Assembly (NCBI GenBank): GCA_050273025.1
Contig: CP158635.1
Coordinates: forward strand, 11,036,001-11,100,000
DNA length: 64,000 nt
Reading direction: 5' to 3'
Origin: Cenococcum geophilum
Lineage: Eukaryota
The position numbers and the translations under genes were made by a program. This document shows positions 27,201 through 40,280 of the stretch, piece by piece. The notes under the pieces were generated by a model, which worked only from the letters and a program-made list of their open reading frames with translations, searched no databases and was not told where the DNA came from. Position 1 is the first letter of the stretch. Each line of letters starts with the position of its first letter.

Positions 27201-29976
27201 CATTACTTTCCCGTGGCGTTTAATCTCAAAGGTAGACTATATAGTCGACTATCTCGTTCTATAGGTTATGTAGTAGATTAGCAGCAATTCTTATTACTTA
27301 TACTCTCTTAATAATTATACCCCCTAAGCGTTTGGCGGTACCGTTCTAAGCTTAGGTATATGGCGCTAAAGGCTTAAATATAATCCCTTAAGTCCGTAGC
27401 CATTTAAGGGTTCTCCTTTTCCCTAGCTCGTTGTCTAATCTAATAGTATTAACTTTAAGGTTATACCTTAGACGAATCTACTAGACGAAATCTTTAAGCA
27501 CCTATAGTGTCTCCTTCTTTTTACTATGCGTTATTATAAAGTACGGGAAGGATCTTCCTAAGTAGGTGTTGTATATAAGTATAACTTATATAAATCCGGT
27601 ATACGCTTCCTTAAGATTAGTCTAGTTAATATAGAGGTTAAGATAGGGTTTATTAATCTTTTATTTTAAAAACCTTCTTAAGACCTAACGCTTAATTTTA
27701 GCGAGACTGCAATGTTAACATTCTATTATCTTTAGGCCTTAAAGCTTAACTCCTAGGGCGTTAAGACCTAAATAATAAAGGCTTATAGGTCCTGGATAAC
27801 CTAGACGCAAATACTATAGACGTATATCTCCTTTTAAATCTAGATAAGCGTCTCTTAATAATGCTCTACGCTTCCGTTAGCATAGTAGTCAGCTTATATT
27901 AAACGCTAATAGACTTCCTAGTTAGACGTATTTAATAGTCTATTATCTATAACGTTCTTCCATTTAATATAGGACTAAGTTATCCTTTTAAACTAGAAGA
28001 TTGTTCTCTCCTTTATTGTCCTAGTAGTACCCTTATTTTTAAAGTAGATAGAATAACACTAGATTTATATTAAAGTCCGTATAAAAGGTAACGTCCTTAA
28101 GACGTAGGATTCCCTTACTCTTGTCTAGTTTTATAACTTAAATAGTAATATCGCCGTAGCCTAGTATAGGCACTTCTGAGCTGCCGGCGATAACGTATTT
28201 AAGTTTTAGAGCTTTCCTAAAGTTATAAAAATAAGAGAGGTTATTAAAGATATAGAGAGTGGTTCCTAAGTTAAGAATAGTTAATAGCTTTAGTGGATGG
28301 ATTTAACCTGTGTAATACGATTCTAGGAATATCATATTAGCTTCTCCCTTAATCTTAACTTTCTAACTCTTGTCCTATTGTTATTAAGCCTTATCTTCCT
28401 ATTCTTTAAGTCTAATCTTCGCAACTTAGTTAGCGAGATTCTTATTCTTTTCTACTTTCTTTAGTGCCCTATTAATGCGCGTATTTCTTATTATAACTCC
28501 TATAGGTTTTTTATCTTTAAATAAACACTAATAGTCCTATAGGGAGTATCCTTATATTCCGCACGCTAAGCACTTAGGCGTTAGCTTCTTATAGGACGTC
28601 TCCTTATCTACTAGTGTCCCGGCTCTCTTTAAGCGTCTATTATATACTAAGGCTCTTCCTCTTTATAAACCTTTAGTAGTATTAGAGTGATCCTTAATAG
28701 CTTGCTCTGCGAAGTCTATATTAAAGGTACTCCCTCTTATAGTAGTATTGGCTTTCTTTAAGGGTATTCTAAGTCCTTCTTATAGCTCCTTTACTACTCT
28801 ACGGTATTTAGAAGATCTTAACTTCTGCGGGTTATTTAACTTGGTAGTGTACTTTATATAGTTGGCGTTGCTAAAAGGTTAAATAACTTCTGCTAAATCT
28901 TAAAGCTAGATTCCATCGGATATTTAAGGGATCTTATACTTCTCTCCTAGTACTATTTCGTGTTCCCATTAATTTAGCCACTAATTTAATTTTAATAAGT
29001 ATTTAAACCCCTTAAGGGCTTCTGTATACTAGTGTTGTACCTTCTTCCTAACGAATAATAAGGTAGGTTCTGTGTTCTCCTTTAATTAGGATAGCTATTC
29101 TTTAACTATTAAGGAAGGGTTAAGCAGTAGCTTCTTCTAAATTAATACTGTGGTCGTAATCTAGGTGCGTATCTATTATAGATGCTCTTCCTATCTTAGG
29201 AAGTACTTTATGTCCTAGTCATAGTATCGTCTGCTATTCTTATACGCTTTCTGTTAATTTGACGAGAGCTATATATATAAGGTTGCATTCTTATTAAAAT
29301 CTATAACCTTTAGATAAGGTGGTTTTTCAAGTAGACCTTCTTAAGGTGCTTTTATAGCTAGGTTAACGTGGGCCCAAATTTACTAATCCACGAGGGCTCG
29401 GAGTTGCCAGATCCATTGCTCCCAGTCTTCTGGCTTATTAAGGATGATTGTGGTAGACGAACTTGACGTCGGTGGAGTTATTTAACTAATAGGCAGATGG
29501 GAATTGAGATGGAATTCGTCGTCAGGATCGTCCTTGTCGCAGGATCGTCCTTGTCATCAGGATCGTCCTTGTCGTCAGGATCGTCCTTTGACGATTAAGG
29601 TGGAGTCTCGTGGAATCTCGTGGAATCTCGTGGAATCTCGTCCTGTGACAATTGAGGTAGGATTTCGATCAGGGTCGTCTTATGACGATGAGGTGTTAGA
29701 GTCTGACGATGAGGTAGAATTTCTTTAAATAATTAAGTAATAGCTGAATAGCTTCTTGTGTCGGCGGACTGGGCTTATAACTATCAGATAACTCATATAG
29801 AGCTATTCATTGATGAAATGGGTTAATTGATTGATAATCTTAATCGTTTATTAACCTCGGGCCCCTAGGGCTCTATGAAGATATTAACGATACACGACCC
29901 CGTGCACGTGACTCGTGCACGTCCTACGCCACCGAGAATACAGATTATCTGACTGCAATATTGCAAATATCTGACA
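24252..29976 (-). mobile_element. Ty1/Copia element I (gag-PR-IN-RT-RH), inserted in the 5' LTR of D
   Basis: LTRs at 24252-24527 and 29782-29976 (TGTCAGATA..TATCTGACA). TSD AGTTC at 24247-24251 and 29977-29981. Copia-type PBS GTTATAAGCCC (minus, 29771-29781). LRLGHPG ~27790-27812, FFYVDDIVF ~25762-25790. Confidence 0.95.
24425..24505. repeat. 9-bp tandem repeat (GCAATATCT)x9 within the 3' LTR of Copia I
   Basis: Counted directly; accounts for the 81-bp length difference between the two LTRs. Confidence 0.95.
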
Positions 29977-30377
29977 AGTTCTTTCTTTTGTAGTAAATCT
30001 TAGAATACAATTAGAGTTAATCTATTAGGCAACTACTTTACTAGTTATTATTACGTTATTAACTTCTTATTTACCTATATACCTAGCCTATTAATAAGTC
30101 TACCATAGTTCCTACTACAAGGCTTTGTTATACATTTACTACTAAAGTTACGGTATTAATAAAGTTAAACAATATGCCATTAAAAGCACTAGCTACGACG
30201 CCATTAACGGCGGTAACTACTTTAAGATTAGGTAATAACACTAGTATAGCAGATATTAACTTATAGTAACTAGTAACGGTTGGATAACTATAAGAAATAG
30301 TTAACTAACTAACAGAAAATAATATAATATTAAAAAATAAGATTAACGGGATTGGAGAAGCGAAGATTAAGCTACTA

Positions 30378-31448
30378 CAGCCGTTTCAATATTATCGGTA
30401 AAAATCGCCAAGCCGCACGACGCGCATCGCCCGCTCGATCAAAACAATATACCCCCTTATAGTCCCACCAATATAGCTCTATATTTTATAAATAGAGGCC
30501 TATTTTATAGCTTTATTCTAGGGCTATAAAATAAGCCCTTATTTATATAATTTAGGGCTATTTTGGTAGAGTTATTGGGGGTACTTATTTCTAGGAATGG
30601 AGGGGTCGGATTAGTCAGCGCAGAGCCTCAATTTAAGTTTTACAGCCACCCCCTATAGCCTTACTAATACAGCTCTATATTTAATAAATAAAGTCCTATT
30701 TTATAGCCCTAGAATAGAGCTATAAAATAAGCCTTTATTTATAAAATATAGAGCTATATTAGTGGAGCTAGAGGGGGTATAATGCCGTTTTGGACATATT
30801 GGTAAAAATCGCCAAGCCGCAGCAGCACATCACCTTCTTATTAAAACAATCCACCCCATATAATTCCACCAATATTAATCCAATTTATATATATAGGGGC
30901 CTATTTTATAGCCCTAGAATAGGGCTATAAAATAGGTCTTTATTTATTAAATATGGAGCTGTATTAGTAGGGCTATATAGGGTATACTGCTGTTTTAGAA
31001 AAATTAATAAAAATCACCGAGCCGCAACAGCACATTACCCCCATATAATTCCACCAATATTAATCCAATTTATATATATAGAGGCCCATATTATAGCTCT
31101 ATTCTAGGGCTATAAAATAGGACTTTATTTATTAAATATAGAGCTATATTAGTAGGGCTATAGGGGGTGCTTTGCAATGGCCGCAAAATCTAAATTGAGG
31201 CTCTGCGCTGACTAATCCGACCCCTCTATTCCTAGAAATAAGTACCCCCAATAACTCTACCAAAATAGCCCTAAATTATATAAATAAGGGCTTATTTTAT
31301 AGCCCTAGAATAAAGCTATAAAATAGGCCTCTATTTATAAAATATAGAGCTATATTGGTGGGACTATAAGGGGGTATATTGTTTTGATCGAGCGGGCGAT
31401 GCGCGTCGTGCGGCTTGGCGATTTTTACCGATAATATTGAAACGGCTG
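30378..31448. mobile_element. Non-coding foldback-type DNA transposon (1071 bp, TA TSD) in the gag of D
   Basis: 258-bp near-perfect TIRs at 30378-30635 and 31191-31448, starting CAGCCGTTTC. TA at 30376-77 and 31449-50. Removing it restores the gag frame. Confidence 0.92.
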
Positions 31449-34400
31449 TATTAATTGAAAGGTACTTAGGGGAAAGATTAAAACTTAAAGGATTCCTTAT
31501 ATAAATGCACTTTAAAGTTATATAAGAAGGGGCAAAGCTACTAATACCTATAGATTGAATAGCGTATGCGGGACTATTCCTATTAAAAAGGGCACTTAAA
31601 TAGTTTAAACCTTACCTTATAGAAATATAAGCGAATAGTATAATAACTACTAATTAAGAAGTACGGTTTATATTTATAAGCTAGAAAGGGTTTATAGAAT
31701 AATTAATATAGATATTTAGAGACCTAGAGGCAGTAACCATAGCGGAAAGAAAACTCTAAAACATTATATAATAAACCTTAGTAATTAAGTATATAACACA
31801 GTTCCAGACGTTAGTAATATAAGTAAAGTGGAATAATAAGGCGCTTATGGCATAATATAAGCAAGGACTTAAGGCTAAAGTCTAGAATGTAATTATCCTA
31901 ATAGAAAATATAGATACCCTAAGGGAACTAATAGATTAAGTAATTAAGATTAATAATTAGATCTACTAAAGGGAACAGGCTAAGAGAGGCTAGAATAGAG
32001 TTTTATAGTCGTATAAGGCGCAGAGTACGCAATAACTAAAGCTAAGTTAAAAAATTATGGTATAGTGTAGAGCTAATAGACCTAAGTGGTACTGAAGAAT
32101 TTAAGAAGTAAAATAAGAAATTATAGAAACCCAGAGGATAAAGATTAAGTAATTAAAGGTTTAAAGAGCAGAGGCTAAACTAGGGATCTTAGTAGCAGAA
32201 AACGTTTAGGCGGATTCTATAGTAAGAAAAATGGTTTAAAGAGGGAGCTTATATAAATTGCGGAAAATAGGGTTATTATATTAGAGATTATAGAAGTGGT
32301 TAAAGTTACTATATAGTAAAAGGAATAAGACTAGTAGATAATATATACGTATAAAGGGACAATAATATACTGCGAGGAATAAAAGAATGTTTAATTAAAA
32401 GTTTTGCGTTTTGTTACAATAACATATACTAAATTTATAAGGATGCTAAGTATGGCGCAAGCTATTAGCTATAGGAGCTAGCACCTATAAAATATAGAGG
32501 AACTAACGAACTAGTTTACAGATTGGATATTAAGGATAATAAATTTAATATAGGCGAAACATTTTATAACGATAAGGCGATAAAGTCCGCTTACTAGGAG
32601 CGAGTAGACCTTAGAAATATTATACTAGAGGTAGAGGATAATTCTACTACAGAATAGGGAATATTAGTAGGGATTAAAACCCTACTAGACACAATGTCTA
32701 TTGCTTCGCGAGATGTAAGAGAAGTAGGACAGCGAGCTACTTCGGCACTCAATAAAGGCAAAAGGCTAAAAGCTTAAGATTCTTAAAACGAGATATAAAA
32801 CGACTAAGATTCTTAAGACGAGATAAGGTAAGCTTAAGGACCTATAATAGACGATAACCGATAAAGCAGAGCAATGGCTTAGTTTAGTAATATATAAATA
32901 AGCTTAGGATAAAGTTTCCTAAAGGTATAAGATTCTTAAGACAAGATAAGTAAGATTTAAGACTCTTAAGATAAGATAAGAATACTAATAAAGCCTAGTT
33001 GGACTAAAGCTAGAGTAAGGCTTAAGATAGAAGTAAGCTTAGGATTAAGAATCTAAAGGGGTTAGGAATTCGGAGTATAAATAAAAACACCTATAACTAA
33101 GAGGTAAGAGGCTTCTTTACAGATTAGAGAATCTATAGTATAAATAGTAACTAGATTAGGAGATAGGTATATAGACCTAGAAGACTTACTAGGAGAATAT
33201 AGTATTTAGCCTAAAGATTAAAACGTTAATACTAAGATTAAGAAGTAAGAAGACTTTAAGGATCTATCTACGAGATATAAACCAAAAGAAACTATAGAAG
33301 AATTTAGACGAAGAATTATTGCATAGTAGGAATAGAAACTAGATAAGAGATCTAGTATATTAGGACGTATAAGGGACAGAGCGCTAGTATAAAGAATTAC
33401 TAATAGGCTTAGGGCAGGCACATTAAGAGCTAAGTAGCTTACCGAATTGGAAGACAAAGAGGATTTAGGGATCCCTACTAGGTTTAAGGAACAATATATA
33501 AAAAGCTATTACAACGTAGTAATAAGAAGATACTTCCTTACGGACAAGCCGTATATACTCTAGTAGCTATACTAAAAGTAGTATAGACAACGATATAACA
33601 ATAAGTAGGAAGATTTCTATATATAGTTAGATAAAAGAGTTATCTAAAACCACCTAATTATAGAGAAGGCTATAACTTATATTAAAGGAGCCTTAATTAT
33701 AACGTTAAAGGATCTAAAGGAACGATTAGAGGACTAAAGAAGTAAAAGACGCATTTTAGTACCTGCGAATAAAGTTATAACGTTTAGATTAGTATAATAA
33801 AGGTTTAAACTTAAAGATAAAGACAAGTTAAGAGTTAACCTAAAGCACCTAGTATACTATACGCTATTATAAATTATATATATAGATAATATATACGAAA
33901 TATATAATAATTTAAAAAAAAATTGAAAATACCTTATAAGGATATATTAGATAATAGATAAATAATAATATAGGAATGCTAAGTATATATATAAATGGCA
34001 TCTAGTAAAAGCCTAAGAGGAAGGGGATTTAATACTTTAGCTAGGAAGATTCCTTATGGAAAAATACTTAGATAAATAATAGTAGTAAGAATACCTAGAG
34101 AATATATATCTATAATATATTAAAGATAAAAAGCAAATTAGGTATTGGCTAAAGAGTAAGCTAAGTATAATAGGATTAAGTAGCTAATAGTTAGGAAAAG
34201 TAAAGGCCTATAGAACTAAAGGGAGCTAGTAGTAGAGCCTTAAACCCTTAAAGGAATTTAAGGATAACACCTAAATCTATAAGTTAAATAATAAGATTAG
34301 CAGTTTAAAGCGCTAATAGATAGTAGAGTAACGCGGAACTATATCTTACTAATAGTAGTTAAGAGAATAGAATTACCTTATAGATAGAAGAAATAACCTT

Positions 34401-37400
34401 ACCTATTAGTTATAATTTTAGGAGATCTAATAGCCTATAGAGGAGGGATTATTAATCTTAAAACAGGACCTATTTAGATAACTATTAAAGGAAGATAAAT
34501 TAAGATGTTTTTTAATATCCTACTATTAGGACGGGATAAGGTAGTATTAGGCATGCCTTAGTTACAGGAATATAATCTAAAAATCAATTAAATTACAGGT
34601 TAGGTTAATATTAGAAATACTTAATACTATAAGATGCGATAGCAAACTAAGTTAGTATAGTACTAAGTTAGAGTAATATATAAAGAGACTAAGCGAGGCT
34701 TAAGTTATATACTAAAGAGATACTATAAGTATGGTAAGAAACTATAGAGCCTAAAAAGTAAAAAGCTAGTAGATTATGCAGCATAGGACTATAAAATAGA
34801 GTTAGAACTAGAAATAAATCTAAGGTTCTTTCTAACCTATAAGCTTACTTAAGAGGAGGCAAGCGTACTTAAAAAGTTTATCTAGGAAAACTTATAAAAA
34901 GGATACATTAGACTATCACAGTTATTGGTAGGTTATTTAGTACTATTCGTACTAAAGAAAAATAAAAAGCTTAGGTTATGCATTAACTATAAGCAGTTAA
35001 ATAGCATTACTTAAAAGGATAGGTATCCTTTACCCTTAATTAGCAAAATCTAAGATTAGATAAGTAACGCGTAAATCTTTATAAAGATAGATTTAAGATA
35101 GGCGTACCATCAGATTAGAATTAAGGAAGGCAATAAATAAAAGGCAGCTTTTAGGTTAAGAGAAGGACTATATAAACTATTAGTTATATAATTTAGATTA
35201 ATAAATATACTAGTAACGTTTTAGAAACGAATTAATAGTATATTAGGAGAACATCTTAATAAGTTTATTATAGCATACCTTAACGATATTATTATTTACT
35301 TAATAACTAAGGAAAAATATAGAGAACACGTTAAATGGGTTTTAAAAAGACTATAAGAAGAATAGATGCTAGTAGTAATTAAGAAATGCGAGTTCTTTAT
35401 AAGGAAGACTAATTTTATTAAATTTATTATTAAACTAGGTTATATTAGTATAAACCTAAAGAAAATTAAAGCTATAGTAAGTTGGCAAGAACTAGAGAAT
35501 GTAATATAGTTAAGGTTATTTTTAGGGTTTTGCAACTACTATAAAAGGTTTATAGTATAGTAGTTAAAGAATATTAAACCATTTACTAGGCTTATAAAGA
35601 AAGAGAAACTATAGGCATAGGGAGACGAATAAAAGAAGTTATTTAAAGAACTTAAGGAATTGTTTACCTAGGAGCTAATCCTTAAAATCTATTAACTAGG
35701 GTTAGACACGGTTGTAGAAACAGATGTATTAGACTACGCACTAGGAGTATATTTACTATAGAAGTATAAGGACGCATAGCATCCAGTAGCATATTATAGT
35801 AGAAAGATAACACTACTAGAGTTAAATTACGACGTCTATAACAAGGAGTTATTAGGTATAATTATAGTACTTAAGAAATAGAGAGCATTCTTATAAGGCG
35901 TAGAAAAACTATTTATAGTTAAAACAGATTATAAAAACCTAACGGGGTTCCTAACGATAAAAGAACTTAACTAAAGATAAGTTAGACAGGCAGAGATGCT
36001 TATAGAATACTATTTTAAAATTTAGTATACTAAGGGAACTAAGAATATAAGAGTAGATGCACTTAGTAAAAGAGCTAAACTATAAAATAGCGAGAAACTA
36101 TTAGGAGCAATGCTACGCAGAGATAAGGATAGATTAATTAGATATAATCACCCTAAACTAGTAGTAACTTAAGAGGATAATAAACTAGGAAGAGTCTATA
36201 AAACACCAGAAAGCTTTTAAATATAGAAAATTCTAAAAGTATAGCTAGAAGATCTATAGACGGATATATATAAGAATTAAGAAGTAAAGTATATCCTAAG
36301 AAGCATAGTAGAGTATTTTATAAAAGATTTTTATAAGGGAATAACTTAAGGACATAATGGAGCAATAGGCTTAGTATTAAGACTTTAAGAAGAATACATT
36401 ATTAATAGAATCTGGAATATTATAAGGAAAGTAATAAAGGAATATCTAAACTGTTAAAGAAATAAACTAACGAGGTATAAGCTATATAGAGGGCTATAAC
36501 CTATTAAAATACCAGAGAGACTATAGGAGGTTATATTATAGGACTTTATTATTAAGTTACTAAAGTTAAGAGATCCTATTACCAGATAAGATTATAACGT
36601 AATCTTAGTAATAGTGGATAAGCTTATAAAGTGGGGATATTTTATAGTATGCATAAAAGAAATCTTAGCGGAGGATATCGCTAAAATCTATATTAAAGAA
36701 GTGTTCGCAAGATATAGAGTACTAAGTAAAATTATATTGGATAGAGATTTAAGATTTATAGTAGTATTCTAGGAGGTATTCTTAGCGGAGTAGGGAGTTA
36801 GAGTAGTAACTTTTACCGTATATTATTCGCAGATAGACGGTTAAATAGAAAGATTAAATTAGATGCTAGAATAGTATCTAAGATATTATATTAATTATAT
36901 ACAGAATAATTAGGTATCGTTATTACTAGTTATATAGTTTATATATAATATAACACTATAAAAAGAAATAGGTACATTACTATTTAAGGCAAACTATAGA
37001 TATAAGCTAAGAATATTGTTATTACTAAGGCAAGTAAAGAAGACAAGTAATATAGTAAAAGAAAGAATAAAGATATTAATAAATCTTTATATAAACCTTA
37101 TAGAATTAGTAAAGAAAGTATAAAAGAGAATAAAAAAGTACTATAATGCTAAGAGATCTAAGGGACTATATTTTAAGGAGGGAGATAAATTATAGCTACT
37201 ATATAAAAATTTTAAGAGTTAACGACTAAGTAAGAAGTTAGACTACGTTAGACTAGGACCTTTTAAAATTATTTAAAGGATTTTACTAGTTACGTTTAAG
37301 CTAAACCTACCAGCTAGAATAAAGATCTACCCTATATAGCATATTATAATACTAGAGCTAGTATATAGGAATATTAAGCCACTAGGCTATAAAGCAGACA

Positions 37401-37508
37401 TATATAGAGGATAGGAAGAAGATAAATGGTAAGTTTTAAAGATCGTTAGTTATAAGGACATTAACGATAAAATATAGTATAAGGTTAAGTAGATAGGCTA
37501 TACTAAGA

Positions 37509-38215
37509 CTACCTAGGAACCACTAAAAATTTTAAAAAAACGCTATAGGAAAGGTACAGGAGTATTAAAAGAGATTAGGTTAGGCAGTATTAATAAAAAA
37601 GGATTACTAAAAAATAAATTACCTAAGGAGGACCTAAGAAGAGCAGTTACTAAACTACTTAAATCTATTTCCTTCTTAAATAGAGGAAAATCCGTTCTTT
37701 TGTCACTAAGTTCCTATAAACCTTATTCTATAAGTTTCTACTTCTTAAAACAGACCTTCTTACAAACCTTCTTAAGATAGATTAACTGAGTGGACGCCGC
37801 AAAATAAGACTTAAGGGCCCGTTACTAAGCATTGGCAGCCTCTTATTTAGTATTATAAGAACAACACAGTTCTACTAGGGTAACTAATAGTTTATTATCT
37901 AGCCGAGCAGCAGTAGATTAAACATAAAACCCTAAGATAAATTAATTAAGGAACTAGACAACTATTAAGAGTAATAGGTTGCGTATATTTAGTATTAGAG
38001 ATAAAGCAAACGTTATAGGACGAACGAATATTCGCTTTAGTGCACTCTAAGTAAGAGGACGGTTATTGTGAAGATAGACTCGCTAATATAATATAAACTA
38101 ACCCCTCTTTTAAACAATAAGAACATAGAGACGGTATAATCTCACCTAGAGATAATATTGCAGTAATAGTGTAAGTATAATAAGCGGTTAAGGAAGTAGA
38201 AGAAGCTTTAGGTAT
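37509..38215 (-). pseudogene. Antisense Zn2Cys6-like/coiled-coil gene, copy in D
   Basis: Homologous to 4776-5460. Cys1 and Cys2 (TGT) and Cys5 (TGC) are intact. Intron acceptor TCTTAG|GG intact at ~37930. Confidence 0.7.
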
Positions 38216-39059
38216 AATAAGTAACAATATTAACCAAATTAATTAGATGGATATTATACCTCTAGTAAACGACTTAGAGATATTTAGAATCTTTAAGGAT
38301 AAAGATAAAAAGGAGGGAGATAGTGTTACGGACGCTTTAAGTACAATATTATAACTACTTAGAAAGGAGTTAGAAGAAGCTAGTTAGTTAATTTAGGCAT
38401 AGTCTAAAATAGAGCTAATAGAACTATATAATAAGGAATAGTAACTAAGGTTATATAACGTAATCTATATAATCTATAGGATCTATATAATCTATAATAG
38501 AGTAGATAAAATATATATACCTTGTGTATAAAGGGGATTTCTTAAGAGTATAGTTGTATATTTAAAGGACCATAGTCCCTACCTAGATAGTTCTCTCCTT
38601 TATAGTAAATCTTAGAATATAATTAGAGTTAATCTATTAGGCAACCACTCCACTAGTTATTATTACGTTGTTAACTTCTTATTTACCTATATACCTAGCC
38701 CATTAACAAGTCCACCGTAGTTCTTACTATAAGGCTTCGTTATAAGGGGGATAAAGTATAGCTATTATATAAAAAAATTTACAAGTTAATAACTAAGTAA
38801 AAAGTTAGATTATATTAGACTAGGACTATTTAAAATTATAGCTAAGATTTTAAAAGTTATATATAGACTTAACTTACTAGTAAATATAAAGATCTACTCT
38901 ATATAGTATATTATAATACTAAAGCTAGCATATAAAGATATAGAGCTATTAGTTTATAAAGTAGATATATATAAAGAATAAGAGAAAGATAAATAGTAAG
39001 TTTTAAGGATATTAATAATAGAATATAATATAAAGTAAAGTAGATAGGCTATAATAAGA

Positions 39060-39752
39060 CTACCTAAAAACTACTATAGAATTTAGAAAAAGCTATTAAA
39101 AAGGTATAAAAGTATTAGAAGAGAATAGGTTAAGTAATATTAAAAAGGAGCTAGAGATAAAAGGATTAGTTAAAGGTAATAAATAAGCTAGATTATCTAA
39201 AGGATCTACTACTAGCGTATAAACTTTTTCCGCCTTTTCTAAATTAGAATTCTTTTTAGCTTCCTTAGCCTTAAGCTTATAAAGACCTTACTCTATAAAA
39301 TATAACTCTTTTAAATAAACCTTCTTATAACCCTTTATAAGACGGCTTAGTTAAGTATAAATATCTATTTAAGCTTTTAGAGCCTAAGACGCCTTATTAA
39401 AATAACGCTAAACCTTAGTAAAGGCCTTAGCTAGCTTACCCTCTAGTCTTTTGGCCGCTACTAATATATAAAACCCTAAAATAAATTAGATAAAGTATTA
39501 AAGAATTATAAAGAATTATAAAACGTATATACTTAGCGTTAGAGATAGATTAAATATTATAGGATAACTATATATTTGCTTATATATACTTAGTATAAAA
39601 AAAGGTTAGTAATTAGATAGAGCTATAATTATAGTATATACTAACCTTTTCTTTATATAATAAGAATAGAATAATATAACTTTACTAAGTAATAAAATAA
39701 ATATTACTAGCTAGTTATAATAATTAAATATAGAAGATTTAATAAAAGGTAT
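39060..39752 (-). pseudogene. Antisense Zn2Cys6-like gene, diverged copy in H
   Basis: Same Cys spacing after de-RIP and same intron position (TTTTAG|GG at ~39475). Boundaries approximate. Confidence 0.55.
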
Positions 39753-40280
39753 TAGGAATAATAAAGGTTATTAAAATAAAAATAAAAATACTATACCTTT
39801 AATAGATAACTTAAAAATAAGAGATATCTTTAAGAATAAAAATAAAGATAAAGGGGATAGTATTACGGACCTTATATTAGCAGTAGTAGAACTACAAAAA
39901 GAGATATAAATAGGTTAGTTAAAATAGTATAAAAGGCACTAGAGTTAATTAAGATATAAAATAAGGGGTAGCTAAGTTATATAGTTAGTTATATTATAAG
40001 TTTAGAATATAGAAATATAGAAATATAGGAATATAATATACTAACGTACTAACGTACTAATATACTTGGTATATTTCTTAGACGCAGTATTATATATTTA
40101 AAGAACTATATTCTTTGCCTAAATAGTTCTCTTCTTTATAGTAAATCTTAGAATATAATTAGAGTTAATCTATTAGGCAACCTACTCTACTAGTTATATT
40201 TACTTATTTAACTATTCTATACCTATATACCTAGCCTATTAATAAGCCTAATATAGTATTTCCTATAAGGCTTTATTATA

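Larger units (their letters stand above)
23982..38744 (+). mobile_element. Full-length chromovirus D (A/B family) carrying nested Copia I and a foldback element
   Basis: 421-bp LTRs: 23982-24251 plus 29982-30132, and 38324-38744. TSD AGGGG at 23977-23981 and 38745-38749. Gag ATG 30174, CCHC ~32250-32292, AYLNDIIIY ~35273-35300, chromodomain ~37415-37540. Confidence 0.95.
23610..40280 (+). mobile_element. 5'-truncated chromovirus H (diverged relative of A/B/D), split by D
   Basis: Integrase from ~23610 (AYHPQTDGQ) to KGPDLKEG at 23981 resumes as GDKVWL at ~38747. Chromodomain ~38985-39100, PPT, 3' LTR 39861-40280. Confidence 0.88.

Noticed and set aside
24905..27281. ORFs at 24905, 26350 and 27096
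   Set aside because: Antisense shadows or stop-free fragments of Copia I pol, not independent genes.
29504..29728. 74-aa ORF with QDRP repeats
   Set aside because: Arises from short tandem repeats (CAGGATCGTCCTTGTC, TGGAATCTCG) in the Copia leader, antisense to the element.
30378..31448. CRISPR-like repeat/spacer appearance
   Set aside because: Eukaryotic context, ~110-bp palindromic modules, TIRs with a TA TSD, and no cas genes.
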